From: the human T2T-CHM13v2.0 reference genome, Homo sapiens
NCBI RefSeq assembly: GCF_009914755.1
Contig: NC_060939.1
Strand: one strand, 5' to 3'
Length of the DNA stretch: 64,000 nt
The notes beneath the pieces are model-generated. The model had not been told where the DNA came from. It did no database searches and worked only from the letters and a program-made list of their open reading frames with translations. A program made the position numbers and the translations under genes. Below are positions 11,501 to 22,481 of the stretch, piece after piece (position 1 is the first letter of the stretch; each line of letters begins with the position of its first letter).

Positions 11501-14500
11501 CAGCATCTTTCCGCTTAACCTCCTAAGCCTTCCTTGGTGAGGATTAGGAACATAACCTCACCCCTGGAAAGTTTGCTCCCTGGGCCTATCTTAGCTCCCA
11601 GGTCAAACTTAGAGTTGCAGCAGGCCACAGGGAACTCTGGAAGGGTATAGAACCCTTGGAGGCACTCTACCATACTCCCCTTCCCCTGTACCCCTCCTCC
11701 TACAGCTGGAGGATGCTGTCGTTGGACAGGGCTCTGGAGGGCGGGCTTAGTACCTTTGCACCCTCCCCTCTCTGCCCACTTCCCACCAGTGTGGATGCTT
11801 TTAGCACAGGCTGTCCCCCTTTAGCCCTTTACAGTGGCCTTACCACAGGTCTCTTGCTTGCTAACAGCAAGGACCCAGCTGACCAGCGTCCCCATCCCCC
11901 TTTTGGCAGCCATGACCGCCTGCCCTACCAGAGGAGGTACCGGGAGCGCCGTGACAGCGATACATACCGGTGTGAAGAGCGGAGCCCATCCTTTGGAGAG
12001 GACTACTATGGACCTTCACGTTCTCGTCATCGTCGGCGATCGCGGGAGAGGGGGCCATACCGGACCCGCAAGCATGCCCACCACTGCCACAAACGCCGCA
12101 CCAGGTCTTGTAGCAGCGCCTCCTCGGTGAGTGGTAGCCAGAGTGTGCTGGCTGGGGCTTAAAGGCCTCATCTCTTCCTAGCCTTCTCTCAGGCTGGCTG
12201 GTCCGGGTGAGTACTGCCAGCCCTGTGCACGTGCACTGGTGTGCGTGCATGTGTGTGTGTATGTGTTGTCTGGTCCAGGTGTAGGGCTGATCACAGGGTC
12301 CTGGCCTCTGTGTCTTCTGGCTCTTTCCAGTGGCAACTGTAGGAACTCTGGCTCCGATGCTGGCTGGCCCCTGGCCTGTCTATGTCTACACAGTGCTCCA
12401 GACAAAGGCCACGTGGTGCAAGTGGCTGGGGACACTTCTTAGGACACTTCTTAGGGATCCTAGTAGAGTGGCTGGTATGGTGGTCTGCAGCTATATGGCC
12501 TGGTCCTTCCCACCCAGAGACTGCCTCCTCGTGTAACTGAGTGCTCTGATGTGGACTGCACCCACCTCTGCGTCTCATCTGCACACCCCTTCCCAAAGGC
12601 CCCCAGTCTGGAGTGCCTCACAGGACCGGAGGATTTGCCTGTCAGCCAGCTCAGACTGGGAACTTCCCTTCTGATCTCCAGCCAGGCCCTCTCCAGCCGA
12701 GCCTCTTTACGAGGGGCAGTCGCGGTGAGGAGGGGCAGGTGCCTGTGTGATGGGGCATGTGAAGAAATGGCAGAAAGGCTGCCGCCCCAGGCCTCGTCCA
12801 GTTGCAGGCCACATGCCCAGAGCAGGGCCTGGCCAGTATTCCTAGCATGGAGGGTTGTAAGGTCTCTGGAGCCCACATTGCGCTCAGTCCCCTGGGGAAG
12901 CAAAGCCAGTTGTGTATTTCCGAGGTTACGTGCGGTCTTCTCTTCTCCCCCATCCCTCTTCCCTGCCTCCCTCCTGCCGGCCTTGAGGCCCCTGAGGAGC
13001 AGTGGAGAGGCCAGGTGTCTTCTCTGCCCAGCGCTTTCTGTGACTTCTTTGAGTGGCTACAGGTTGAGGGTTGACTGTGCGGGCGATTGCAGCGTGGCCC
13101 TTTCACCTCTTTGCACACTGCCACATGCTGCCACAGGATGGCAGTGCAGGTCTGGCTCTGTTTCTCTGTTTGGTGCCCTCTATCGATCGTCGTGAGGCTT
13201 GGGATGGGCCTAGATTGTGAGCAGCATGGGTGCCAAGGCCAGGGCAGGAGCTGGCATGGGGCCTGTGTGGGCCATTGTGGTAGGAAGCCTGGCAGTCGAC
13301 TGGCCCAGAGGATCCCAGGCTGCTTTCCTTCTTGAGGCTGGTGGCAGGAGGGCTGCTGACGGAAGGCTGTTTCTGGTAGTGATGGTGAAATCTGGCCAAG
13401 GATGCCGTCTGGAGGCAGGTAGCAGCTTGGCTGTGAGTGGCAGCTGTCAGGCATGTGCAAGTCTGCGTGGGCGAACAGAGGCAGGCAAGGACAGGCTGGG
13501 CATTCTGCAGCTGAAGCCGGAGCAGCCGCTGACCAGTCTGGATGGTTGGACCCAGGCGGGGCCAGCTGCCTTCTTGCGCCGCCGTTCTCACTGCATCTTC
13601 CGCTCTGGCCCAAAGCCACATGGGAGGGTCTGGGAGGGAGAGACTCGGAGGAGGAGGAGGAGGGAGTCGGGGCGATGGCTCTCCTCACAGCGTGGCCCTC
13701 AGCAGCAGAGGCAGGTCATCTTCCTGAGCGTTTGTGGCGCTCCTCTTAAAGATAATGTCCGAGTTTTCTTTACATACCTGTAGCTGTTTTTACTTTTCTG
13801 TTTTTGAAGTCAGTTTGTGTCTTGACGTGTCCCTTGCAATATCCCTATCGTTATATATGCTGTGTGCCTTATGAAATGCTGGGATCTGGAAAATCCAACC
13901 AACCAACCCACCGGCTCCTCACCGTCTCCACCTCTGCCTTTGACTGACACCTCAATCTGTCAATCGGAACCGCCTACCATGCGATTGGTCGGATGGCGTT
14001 TCGGGGGGCGGTGCATGCAGAGAAGCCAACAGAGCAGTAAGCGCAGCAGCCGGAGTGTGGAAGATGACAAGGAGGGTCACCTGGTGTGCCGGATCGGCGA
14101 TTGGCTCCAAGAGCGATGTACAGCCACCTTTCGTAAAACTTTACCTCTCTACTTTCTACCCCCCTTGTTAGACGAGACCTCTCCTGCCTGGAGGGGCCTC
14201 TAGTGCGCGTGGTGCCTTAGCGGGGCCACCAGTAATTGCCTGAATGACACAGACACTAGCAACTTCCATTTTTAAGAGTGTAGCAGTGAGAGAGAAACCT
14301 TTTTTGTTTTTGAGAATTTGAATGCTGTGAACTTGCAGGAGCTGCCAACCCCCTGCCCTCCAGATTCTCATGCCCAATTTCTTTTCTCTCCTAGATGAGA
14401 TTGTGGGGAACCTGGGTGAAGGCACCTTTGGCAAGGTGGTGGAGTGCTTGGACCATGCCAGGTGAGCGAGCTGCGGCAGTACAGCTGGCTCCGGATGTGA

Positions 14501-17500
14501 TCTTCCTGGGAAGAGCTGGCCTGAGGTTCTTGAGGGTGGCAGCTATCAGAGCTTAACTTTTTTCTTTTTGAAGGGTGGCATCAAAGTAGGGTTCCGACCT
14601 GTCCATGTTGGGGTTTTGCTGACCCCCTGTAATAAGGGAGAAATTCTTGGGTCCTGCAGTTATGTGGCATCCCTACCCAAGAATTGTTGGTCAGTGAAAG
14701 GTTCTGCTCCAATCTCTTCACTTCTCCAGGGCTGTGGTGGTGGATATCAGAACAGGGCCAAGGCCCCGGCTCCCCTGTGGCTTGGAGCTGCTTCCTGTGA
14801 TAACTTTTAGGTTCTTGGCTTAGCAAGGGGCTAGGAGTACCAATAAGCCCAGCCCAAGCATAAGTCCCATTCCCTGAGGGTCTGCCTGAGAGGCTGTGCA
14901 GATCTCAGTCGAGAGAAACATGACCCTGGGCTTTCTCACCAAGCAGGCTGCTGCCTTCTTCAGTGTGACTAGGGTAGTGTGTGGTCTCCGCTGAGTGTGC
15001 CTGGGAGAGTGGGGTATACCTGTGTGTGTCATGCTGCACCTCACTCTCTCCCAAGCCCAACAGTACAATAGTTTTTTCCCCTTACCATTCCACAAGACTA
15101 GAACATTTGCTTCCTCTCCTATAGGTCTGGGTTGGGGAGGCCACCTCCAGGGAGCCAGTTGCCACCCTGCCATAGGCTCTCTAGTTGGTTTGGCACTTCA
15201 GCTACAAAGTGCTTGTGTCCTCATTGGAGCCACATGCCACCCATATGTGGCCCTCTCGCTATTTCAGAGATGAATAAACATGCTCAGGGTTTGCCTGCAT
15301 CATACTCCAGTTAACAGCAGAGCTGGCCACCACTGCGCTGTAGTGCTCCTACATTAAATGGGGTGTTCAGGTCATTCAGACCCAGGCGTCCAGCCTTTCC
15401 TGTGGCCACGAGATAGACTGAGAGGAAGTGTCCATTTGCTCCAAGTTCCTATGTAAATGCCTGTACGACTCAGCGTGGCCCAAGAGGTTAGGGTTGGGAC
15501 CAGTGGGTGGAGGGACATGCACAACCACACCGTGGCCAGGTGGAGACATGGCAGACTCAACAGCCGGGATGCATGTAGGCATTCTGGGCTGCTCCTCTCT
15601 CAGGAGCTGGAGGGAAAATGAGCCTCTGGAGTCACTAGGGGGCAGGTGGAGGGTCCAGGGAAACTTTACGGGACTCAAAGGGAGCCAGGGCCAGTGGGGG
15701 TTGTCATGCAGAGGCAGAATTCAGCTCAGCGAAAGGCAGGGTCTTATTCTAAGAGCAGTGCAACTCTGACAGGGGCTGCCTTGGAAGTGATGAGCTCCCT
15801 GTGCTGAGGACTGGAATGCCACGGAGGGACCCTGTTTTAGGAGGAGGCCGGAGTGCATGGCCTTTCCCCTGAGGTCCCTTCCTGCCCTGAGAATCTGGGA
15901 AAATAGGTAGGGAGAAAAAAGCAGGGGATTCTCTAGAAGGTCCCTTTATCCTGGGCCTGTGAGCCTTAGGCACCACAGTCAGCCTCCCTGAGGCCTCAGA
16001 GGACACGCCCTTCCAGGCTAGGACTGTCTCGTTCCCCACTGGGCATCTGAATTCTAGCTGTCCTTTCCTGACAGGGCCTGGCAGTTGAGCCTCAGCAGGT
16101 TTCCTTCTCTGCTGGCTCCCTGCAGATGGCCTCCTGGGGTGAGGTTGGGGGTGGGAGGCACAGAGCAGGGACTGTTAAAACCTTCTTTGGACACTTAAGA
16201 AGGGTTCCTGGCATTTTGTGGTCACTGATAAACACTGTGGCAGGTAGGTGCGGCTGGAGAGGGGTGTGGTAAAGGGAGTGGCCCTGGGCCTCACAGTGAG
16301 AGGTACCCTTGCTGGTACCCCTACCTCTTGCCAGATCTTTACTCGATCCTGGAACCCCCATCCCTGTTTGCTCAGACTTGCAGACAAGCTCAGGAAGGTC
16401 AAGAGGCGCCGCAGGAGGGTTCTCGGTGGGACAGCCTGGCCAGGGTTGGGGCTGCCTGGCCTATAGGTTAGGTCACTGTGTGAGCTCTTGGACTGGCACT
16501 GGTTAAGCAGGATTGGCCTCTACTCTCCCACACTCCTTTGGGAGCTGGCAGTGGCTGAGAACATAAAAGCCTAAGGATGGCAAGGATGCTAAGAGCATTA
16601 ACTCACAGATCTCAGGGAGCTTGCTGTTGGGTGGGCAAAGGTCTGGTGTTGCATGGGGCAGGCTGGGCATCCAGTATCTGCTCTCTTCAGTGCCGGCTGC
16701 TCCTGGAGTGGTGTTTGTTGGGAGTTGCTGGGTTGGGGTGGAGGGTTGGGGAAGGACTGGGCAGCTGCTGATGAGAACCTCTGTTTCCTTCCCGGGTACC
16801 AGAGGGAAGTCTCAGGTTGCCCTGAAGATCATCCGCAACGTGGGCAAGTACCGGGAGGCTGCCCGGCTAGAAATCAACGTGCTCAAAAAAATCAAGGAGA
16901 AGGACAAAGAAAACAAGTTGTGAGTATCTGCAAGGAGTGGGAGGGAAGCCTTCAGTGGGGCTGCTGGACCCCCAGGGGCTTAGTAGTGTGCCTTCACCCA
17001 TCCGCACTGTGCCTTCTCCCCACACTCAGAACCAGGGGAGTGTGGCAAAGGTCTTGCTGGAAGCCTTTAGACTGCAGTCCAGTCTTCACCCCAGCTGTCT
17101 CTGTGTCCTGAGGAAGGCCTCCCAGCCCTGCGTTTTGTGAATTGGGGAGCTCACTGGGTTATGCTGGGCATAAAACAAGATAAAAACATGAAGTTGGGGC
17201 TCTCACATAGTAGGAGATACCCAAAGGAGGGCCTTTCTGTGGCAGACACACTGAGCACTCTCCTCCACGCACTGTGCTGAGCCTGGGCAGATGGGTGAAT
17301 CCAGCACAGACCCTCACGAAGCTCAGCAGAGTGAGCAAGTGGAGAAAAGCAGCACCAGTCCTGCGGAGTGCACTAGCACTTTCCATCTCTCCCTCAGCAA
17401 CTCTGAGGCAGGGCTGCTTCCATATCATAAGTAGGGAAGCTCGGAGGGCTTGGACCAGAACCGTGGACATCTCCCCTACCCCCCGCAGGAAGCTTAGTCC

Positions 17501-20500
17501 TTGCCCAGAGCTCATCTGGGTATTGGGTGATGGCTGGTGGGGAGAGGTGCTCTTGCTCTGATTTCTCTTGCACTGTGTGTATCTGCATTCTGGTGTGTGA
17601 CCCGGTGGCCTAGGAGAGAGTTGGGAACTGTCTTCATCTGAGAGAGGGGGTGAGGCAGGCCCCCAGCACACAGCCTGAGCCCTGCCCATCCTCCTCCTCC
17701 AGCCTGTGTGTCTTGATGTCTGACTGGTTCAACTTCCACGGTCACATGTGCATCGCCTTTGAGCTCCTGGGCAAGAACACCTTTGAGTTCCTGAAGGAGA
17801 ATAACTTCCAGCCTTACCCCCTACCACATGTCCGGCACATGGCCTACCAGCTCTGCCACGCCCTTAGATGTAAGTGTCCACCCTCAAAAGAAGCATGGGC
17901 AGCCACATGCCTGCAGCCAAGTCATCTGGTTACTTGTTGTCCCCATTCATTCCAGCACGTTACTAACCATTCTCCTGGGCCTGAGGGACACCAGATCCCC
18001 TTTGGCGGAAAGGCCTGTCTTTGGGTGGGAATCTCAGTGTGAGGATGGAAAGGCTAGGGCTCCCTCCAGGGACCTCCTGGACCAGCCTCTCTACCCCCAG
18101 GCACTCAGGAAGAAAACAGAAACGAACTGCTCTGGAATTGGCCTAACCACCAACCCTGCCTCCCTGCTTCATGCATGGGATAAAAAGGTAGAAGCCTGAC
18201 CTGACAGATAGCACCACAGGTCCTGCCCACATGGAGACCCTCGGTCTAACCCTGACTTGTCATCTCCCTGCCAGCCTGGAAAAGCATTATTTGGCAGTGC
18301 CAGGGCTCAGCGCAGTAGGATTTGCAATGGTTGCAGCAGTACAGAAAGGCTCCTTGGTGAAGTTGGTAGGCGTTGAGCTAGAATCGCTCAAGGTCACCCC
18401 GCATCGCTCCCCTACCCTGAGCACTGCTACTGTGATAGGCTGCAGGCCACTGGGGTGGGAAGCCCCACATGGATGAGAAGACAGGTGTCTTCCTCCTCCC
18501 ACAGGATCTGCAAGATGGGACAGGGACAAGGATTCCAAGCAAGGGGAACAGCTTGGTGAGGCCTGGAGCCTGTTAACGGGCTGAGAATTGGCTCCAGTGG
18601 AGTAGACTGCCACTGGGGAGTGGTGGGCCACATAGTTGTGAGGGTCTTGAGTGCCAGATGGGATCCTTGAGCTGAAAAGTGACTACTAGCAAGAAGCCAC
18701 TGTCAGAAGGGGCTGGAGGGGAAAGGCTTGCCTGCTTATGACTAGCAATGAGAGGCGGGGCTGTCTTCCTGGGTATGCGACCTGTGCACTCAGTCGCACA
18801 GGACCCTGTGCTTGATTTAATGTCCTTTTGCCACCACCTTAATATTCTTAGTAACTTGAACAGGGGACCTGCATTTTCATTTTGCAAAGGGCCCTGCAAA
18901 TTATGTAGCTGGTGCAGGGAAGAGGGAACCACCTCGAGGCTGTTGCTGTAGCTCTGCTGAGAGACAGGTGAGGAGGCCTGGTCTCTGCAGAGGAGAGGTG
19001 GAGGGAGGTTTTTCGAATGGCAAATTTCTTTCCTACCCCCCTGCTAAAGTATCAGAACCCTCCAAGGCCTCAAGTACAGAGAACCCTTGAGAGGGAGGCC
19101 AGCACAGAGGCAGGCTGTAGTCCAGCTCCCTGCTGAGGTGGGGGTGTGAGGACCTCTGGCAGTTGCTGGCATTGGAAGAGGGGTCTGGCCTAGAGCTGGC
19201 AGGAGAGCCAGCTTCTCAGTGCCTACTTCCCCTTCTTTCCCTGCTACCTTAGTTCTGCATGAGAATCAGCTGACCCATACAGACTTGAAACCAGAGAACA
19301 TCCTGTTTGTGAATTCTGAGTTTGAAACCCTCTACAATGAGCACAAGGTATTGGTGGGGGTAAGGGTGAGGCCCTGTTTCAGGGGTGGGTTACCCGCTGG
19401 TGCAGACTCCTGACCTGGCAGGCCTGCCTTGCCTTTCAGAGCTGTGAGGAGAAGTCAGTGAAGAACACCAGCATCCGAGTGGCTGACTTTGGCAGTGCCA
19501 CATTTGACCATGAGCACCACACCACCATTGTGGCCACCCGTCACTATCGCCCGCCTGAGGTGATCCTTGGTGAGTGACTGTATGGCCTGTGACCTTGTCA
19601 TACTGGACTGTTGTTGGGAGGGTATGAGCAGAGGCAGTGGCATGCCTGTCATTCTCTGCCACCCAGGGCAGGCAGAGTTTCTCAGACCAAGGGGCCAGTG
19701 TCATGAGACACAGGTGACTGACCTGGCTTTATCTGTCAGCCTTACTGAGAGAGGGCCTCGTACTGGGATTTGGGCAAGAGTCCTGCCAGCCGGTGTGGTG
19801 GCTGCCTTGTGACTTCCAGGCTGGAAGCATAAGGCCGGATCTCACAGCCTCTCCCCATCTTGGCTTGCAGAGCTGGGCTGGGCACAGCCCTGTGACGTCT
19901 GGAGCATTGGCTGCATTCTCTTTGAGTACTACCGGGGCTTCACACTCTTCCAGGTACAGCCACCCTGCATTGGTCCCCTACCCTGAGTACTGCTACTGTG
20001 ATAGGCTGCAGGCCACTGGGGTGGGAAGCCCCACATGGATGAGAAGACAGGTGTCTTCCTCCTCCCACTAATCATCATGTGAGATTCAGACCCTTTAAGG
20101 ATGTAGATGCTAAAGGGAAGGCAGAGGTCAGGGTAGCTGGAACACTCAGAGGAGTCTTATGCTAGGCCATCGAGGATGGAGGATGGGGTAGGAGGTGACC
20201 TGACCTTCTAGATAAGGGGCACAGATGACTAAAGGCATCGGGATGGGCTGGGACAGGGCATGTTCTGGGCAGGGAGTGAAGAGCTAACCAGAGAGAAATG
20301 TAGTCACAGCCCAGTCCACCTCCACCCACAAGGGCTGAGGAGCCTAGGCACAGGCTGGCAGGAGAAGCTGGGGCTGCCGCTTCATTGGTAGGTTTGCATG
20401 TCCTGGGGCAGTGAGGGCACTTGCCCATCTTTCTTGTTCCTTTTTCTCCTTGAAGGGGCCAGAGCTAGTACTGACCCCCTTGCACTGTCCCTAATCTTCC

Positions 20501-21784
20501 ACAGACCCACGAAAACCGAGAGCACCTGGTGATGATGGAGAAGATCCTAGGGCCCATCCCATCACACATGATCCACCGTACCAGGTAAGGACCCCAGTAG
20601 CCCCCTCAGGGTTGGTATAGAGGCCTTTCTCTTCTTGGCTGTGGGTCAGCAGGGTACTGGATGTGGTGAGTCTTTGCTGGACAGTCCATGGTTCCGCAGG
20701 CTCCTAAAAGCCTTCCCTGTGTGCCCCTGCAGACCTGTTGCCCTGGTTCTGCTGCTGTCTTGGGAGCTGCTCTTCCCCACCTCCCACCAGAGGCTTGTCC
20801 CCTTACTACTCCCACACTTGACTCCACCCCCTTAATTTTCAGGAAGCAGAAATATTTCTACAAAGGGGGCCTAGTTTGGGATGAGAACAGCTCTGACGGC
20901 CGGTATGTGAAGGAGAACTGCAAACCTCTGAAGGTCAGTTTCTGGCTACCCCCAGCTGAACTCATGCCAAGGAGAGACCCCAGGCACTGGGCAGACATAC
21001 AGCAGAGACAGGCCAGGCCGCTAAAGGCTGCCTCCTTGATCCAGCTCTATGGGAGGCGGCACCCAAGACTGCTGGGTGCTGGCAATGGGGCTTCTTGCAA
21101 ACTGCCCCAGAGGGGCCCTTAGCCCTACCCCTTCCCCATAGGGTGGCTATGAATGTAATTGGGGAACACCAGAAGAGCCAGATGTCAGAAGCCCTGCTGC
21201 TTCCTGTCCCTCTCTCTCCTCGAAATTTTGGGAAGAACTAGGCAGGACTGAGGTGAGGGGGAGGGAAGACCTAGACATGGCCAGGAAGCCTCTGTCAACT
21301 GCATTTGGTGCTCGGACAAGTGAATTTCGCAGAGGTGATCTCTACCCACCTGTCAGGACTTTGCATGTGGGGGCAGAGGCATCAACCCAGCAAGACACCT
21401 AGTAGCCTGGCAAGTTCCGAGCAAAACGTTAAACAGGCATGAAAGGAAAGGAGCTGCTCATTGTCCAGGAGGGCGGAAGTAGAGTCCTCCAAGGAGGCAT
21501 CACTGCCTCCTCGATCCAGTCCAGCAAGGCGTCCCAGAGGCAAGGGGACCTGCTGTGGCTTCCCACGACCCTGCCGTCACACTGAGGCACCTTGTGTCCC
21601 TGAGCAGAGTTACATGCTCCAAGACTCCCTGGAGCACGTGCAGCTGTTTGACCTGATGAGGAGGATGTTAGAATTTGACCCTGCCCAGCGCATCACACTG
21701 GCCGAGGCCCTGCTGCACCCCTTCTTTGCTGGCCTGACCCCTGAGGAGCGGTCCTTCCACACCAGCCGCAACCCAAGCAGATGA
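7356..21784 (+). CDS. CLK3: CDC-like kinase 3 (LAMMER family), 13 exons; 638-aa long form from ATG 7356, 490-aa form from ATG 11098
   Basis: Exons 2-13 join with GT-AG sites and consistent phase to 1473 nt (490 aa + TGA). RS-rich N-terminus and kinase motifs [28 protein letters not shown], ending HTSRNPSR*. Exon 1 adds 444 nt (148 aa) in frame. Confidence 0.98.
9030..9490. mobile_element. MIR fragments
   Basis: MIR-like cores: atctccatttt...gacttgtctaaggtca; tttaatcctcacag...tttgttcaaaggcacacagctagaagtggc. Confidence 0.65.
11098..11249 (+). CDS. CLK3: CLK3 exon 2 (starts with ATG; RS domain)
   Basis: cctag|ATG CAT CAC = [18 protein letters not shown]...; donor AAG|GTGAGA; 152 nt. Confidence 0.97.
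11910..12126 (+). CDS. CLK3: CLK3 exon 3 (RS domain)
   Basis: ggcag|C CAT GAC = [15 protein letters not shown]...SSASS; donor TCG|GTGAGT; 217 nt. Confidence 0.97.
14021..14117 (+). CDS. CLK3: CLK3 exon 4 (97-nt alternatively skipped regulatory exon)
   Basis: [32 protein letters not shown]; weak donor GAT|GTACAG; skipping gives 123+29=152 aa ending ...EGSLRLP*. Confidence 0.96.
14395..14461 (+). CDS. CLK3: CLK3 exon 5 (Gly-rich loop)
   Basis: [23 protein letters not shown]; cctag| ... CAG|GTGAGC; 67 nt. Confidence 0.97.
16803..16919 (+). CDS. CLK3: CLK3 exon 6
   Basis: [38 protein letters not shown]; donor TT|GTGAGT; 117 nt. Confidence 0.97.
17703..17869 (+). CDS. CLK3: CLK3 exon 7
   Basis: [23 protein letters not shown]...QLCHALR; donor T|GTAAGT; 167 nt. 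Confidence 0.97.
18395..18502 (+). repeat. 108-bp dispersed duplicate, copy 1 (CLK3 intron 7)
   Basis: 104/108 identical to 19961-20068. Confidence 0.95.
19253..19347 (+). CDS. CLK3: CLK3 exon 8 (catalytic loop)
   Basis: [32 protein letters not shown]; 95 nt. Confidence 0.97.
19440..19569 (+). CDS. CLK3: CLK3 exon 9 (DFG and activation loop)
   Basis: [43 protein letters not shown]; donor G|GTGAGT; 130 nt. Confidence 0.97.
19871..19953 (+). CDS. CLK3: CLK3 exon 10
   Basis: [28 protein letters not shown]; donor CAG|GTACAG; 83 nt. Confidence 0.97.
19961..20068 (+). repeat. 108-bp dispersed duplicate, copy 2 (CLK3 intron 10)
   Basis: 104/108 identical to 18395-18502. Confidence 0.95.
20505..20584 (+). 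CDS. CLK3: CLK3 exon 11 (LAMMER motif)
   Basis: [26 protein letters not shown]; donor AG|GTAAGG; 80 nt. Confidence 0.97.
20843..20933 (+). CDS. CLK3: CLK3 exon 12
   Basis: [31 protein letters not shown]; 91 nt. Confidence 0.97.
21608..21784 (+). CDS. CLK3: CLK3 exon 13 (terminal coding part)
   Basis: [40 protein letters not shown]...RNPSR TGA. Confidence 0.97.
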   Translation, partial: SYMLQDSLEHVQLFDLMRRMLEFDPAQRITLAEALLHPFFAGLTPEERSFHTSRNPSR

Positions 21785-21993
21785 CAGGCACAGGCCACCG
21801 CATGAGGAGATGGAGGGCGGGACTGGGCCGCCCAGCCCCTTGACTCCAGCCTCGACCGCCAGGCCCCAGGCCAGAGCCACCCAATGAACAGTGCAATGTG
21901 AAGGAAGGCAGGAGCCTGCAGGGGAGCAGACTTGGTGCCCAGCTGCCAGAAAGCACAGATTTGACCCAAGCTATTTATATGTTATAAAGTTAT

Positions 21994-22084
21994 AATAAAG
22001 TGTTTCTTACTGTTTGTAACCCCTGGTACCAGTGTGTCCATCTCCAGGCTCCTTGCCTTCCCCTTACCTGACCTTATTAATAAA
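21994..22084 (+). terminator. CLK3: CLK3 tandem polyadenylation signals
   Basis: AATAAA at 21994-21999 (followed by GT/T-rich sequence) and 22079-22084. Confidence 0.85.
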
Positions 22085-22475
22085 GTCTTTCTTAGCAGTT
22101 CAGCTTGTGGAGAGCTAAGTGTGAACTGGGCCAGGCACAGAAGAGCTAGGCAGGGGTAAGACCAGAATTGGGGACATCCTCTGGGCCCAGGCTGCTGAGC
22201 AGTCCTAGATGGCACCTCTGCCCTGCTGGCTTCTGTACCTCTCAGCCCCAGAGAACCTAAGGGAATCAGCCCACCGTGGCTAGCCAGGTGGGGTCTGGTT
22301 TTCCACAGCCTGCCAGTCCCATTACTGGCCAGGACTTTAGGCTGTATGTGCCCAACAACTATGGCCTGCTGAGGGCAGGAGACGAGTGGGGCGGGTTCCT
22401 AGGCTGGGACAGACAGCACCTCATGACAGCCTACAGAGCAAGTCACACGGCACAGGACTCAGTCAGTCATTCAGC

Positions 22476-22481
22476 TTTATT
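22476..22481 (-). terminator. EDC3: EDC3 polyadenylation signal (3'UTR ~2.05 kb)
   Basis: TTTATT on + = AATAAA on -; the first canonical hexamer I found downstream of the stop. Confidence 0.8.

Noticed and set aside
12651-13688. 345-aa - strand ORF and overlapping 188-214-aa ORFs in CLK3 intron 3
   Set aside because: GC-rich, P/S/A/Q-biased, no recognisable domain, non-ATG starts, open in several frames at once; typical of stop-poor GC-rich DNA.
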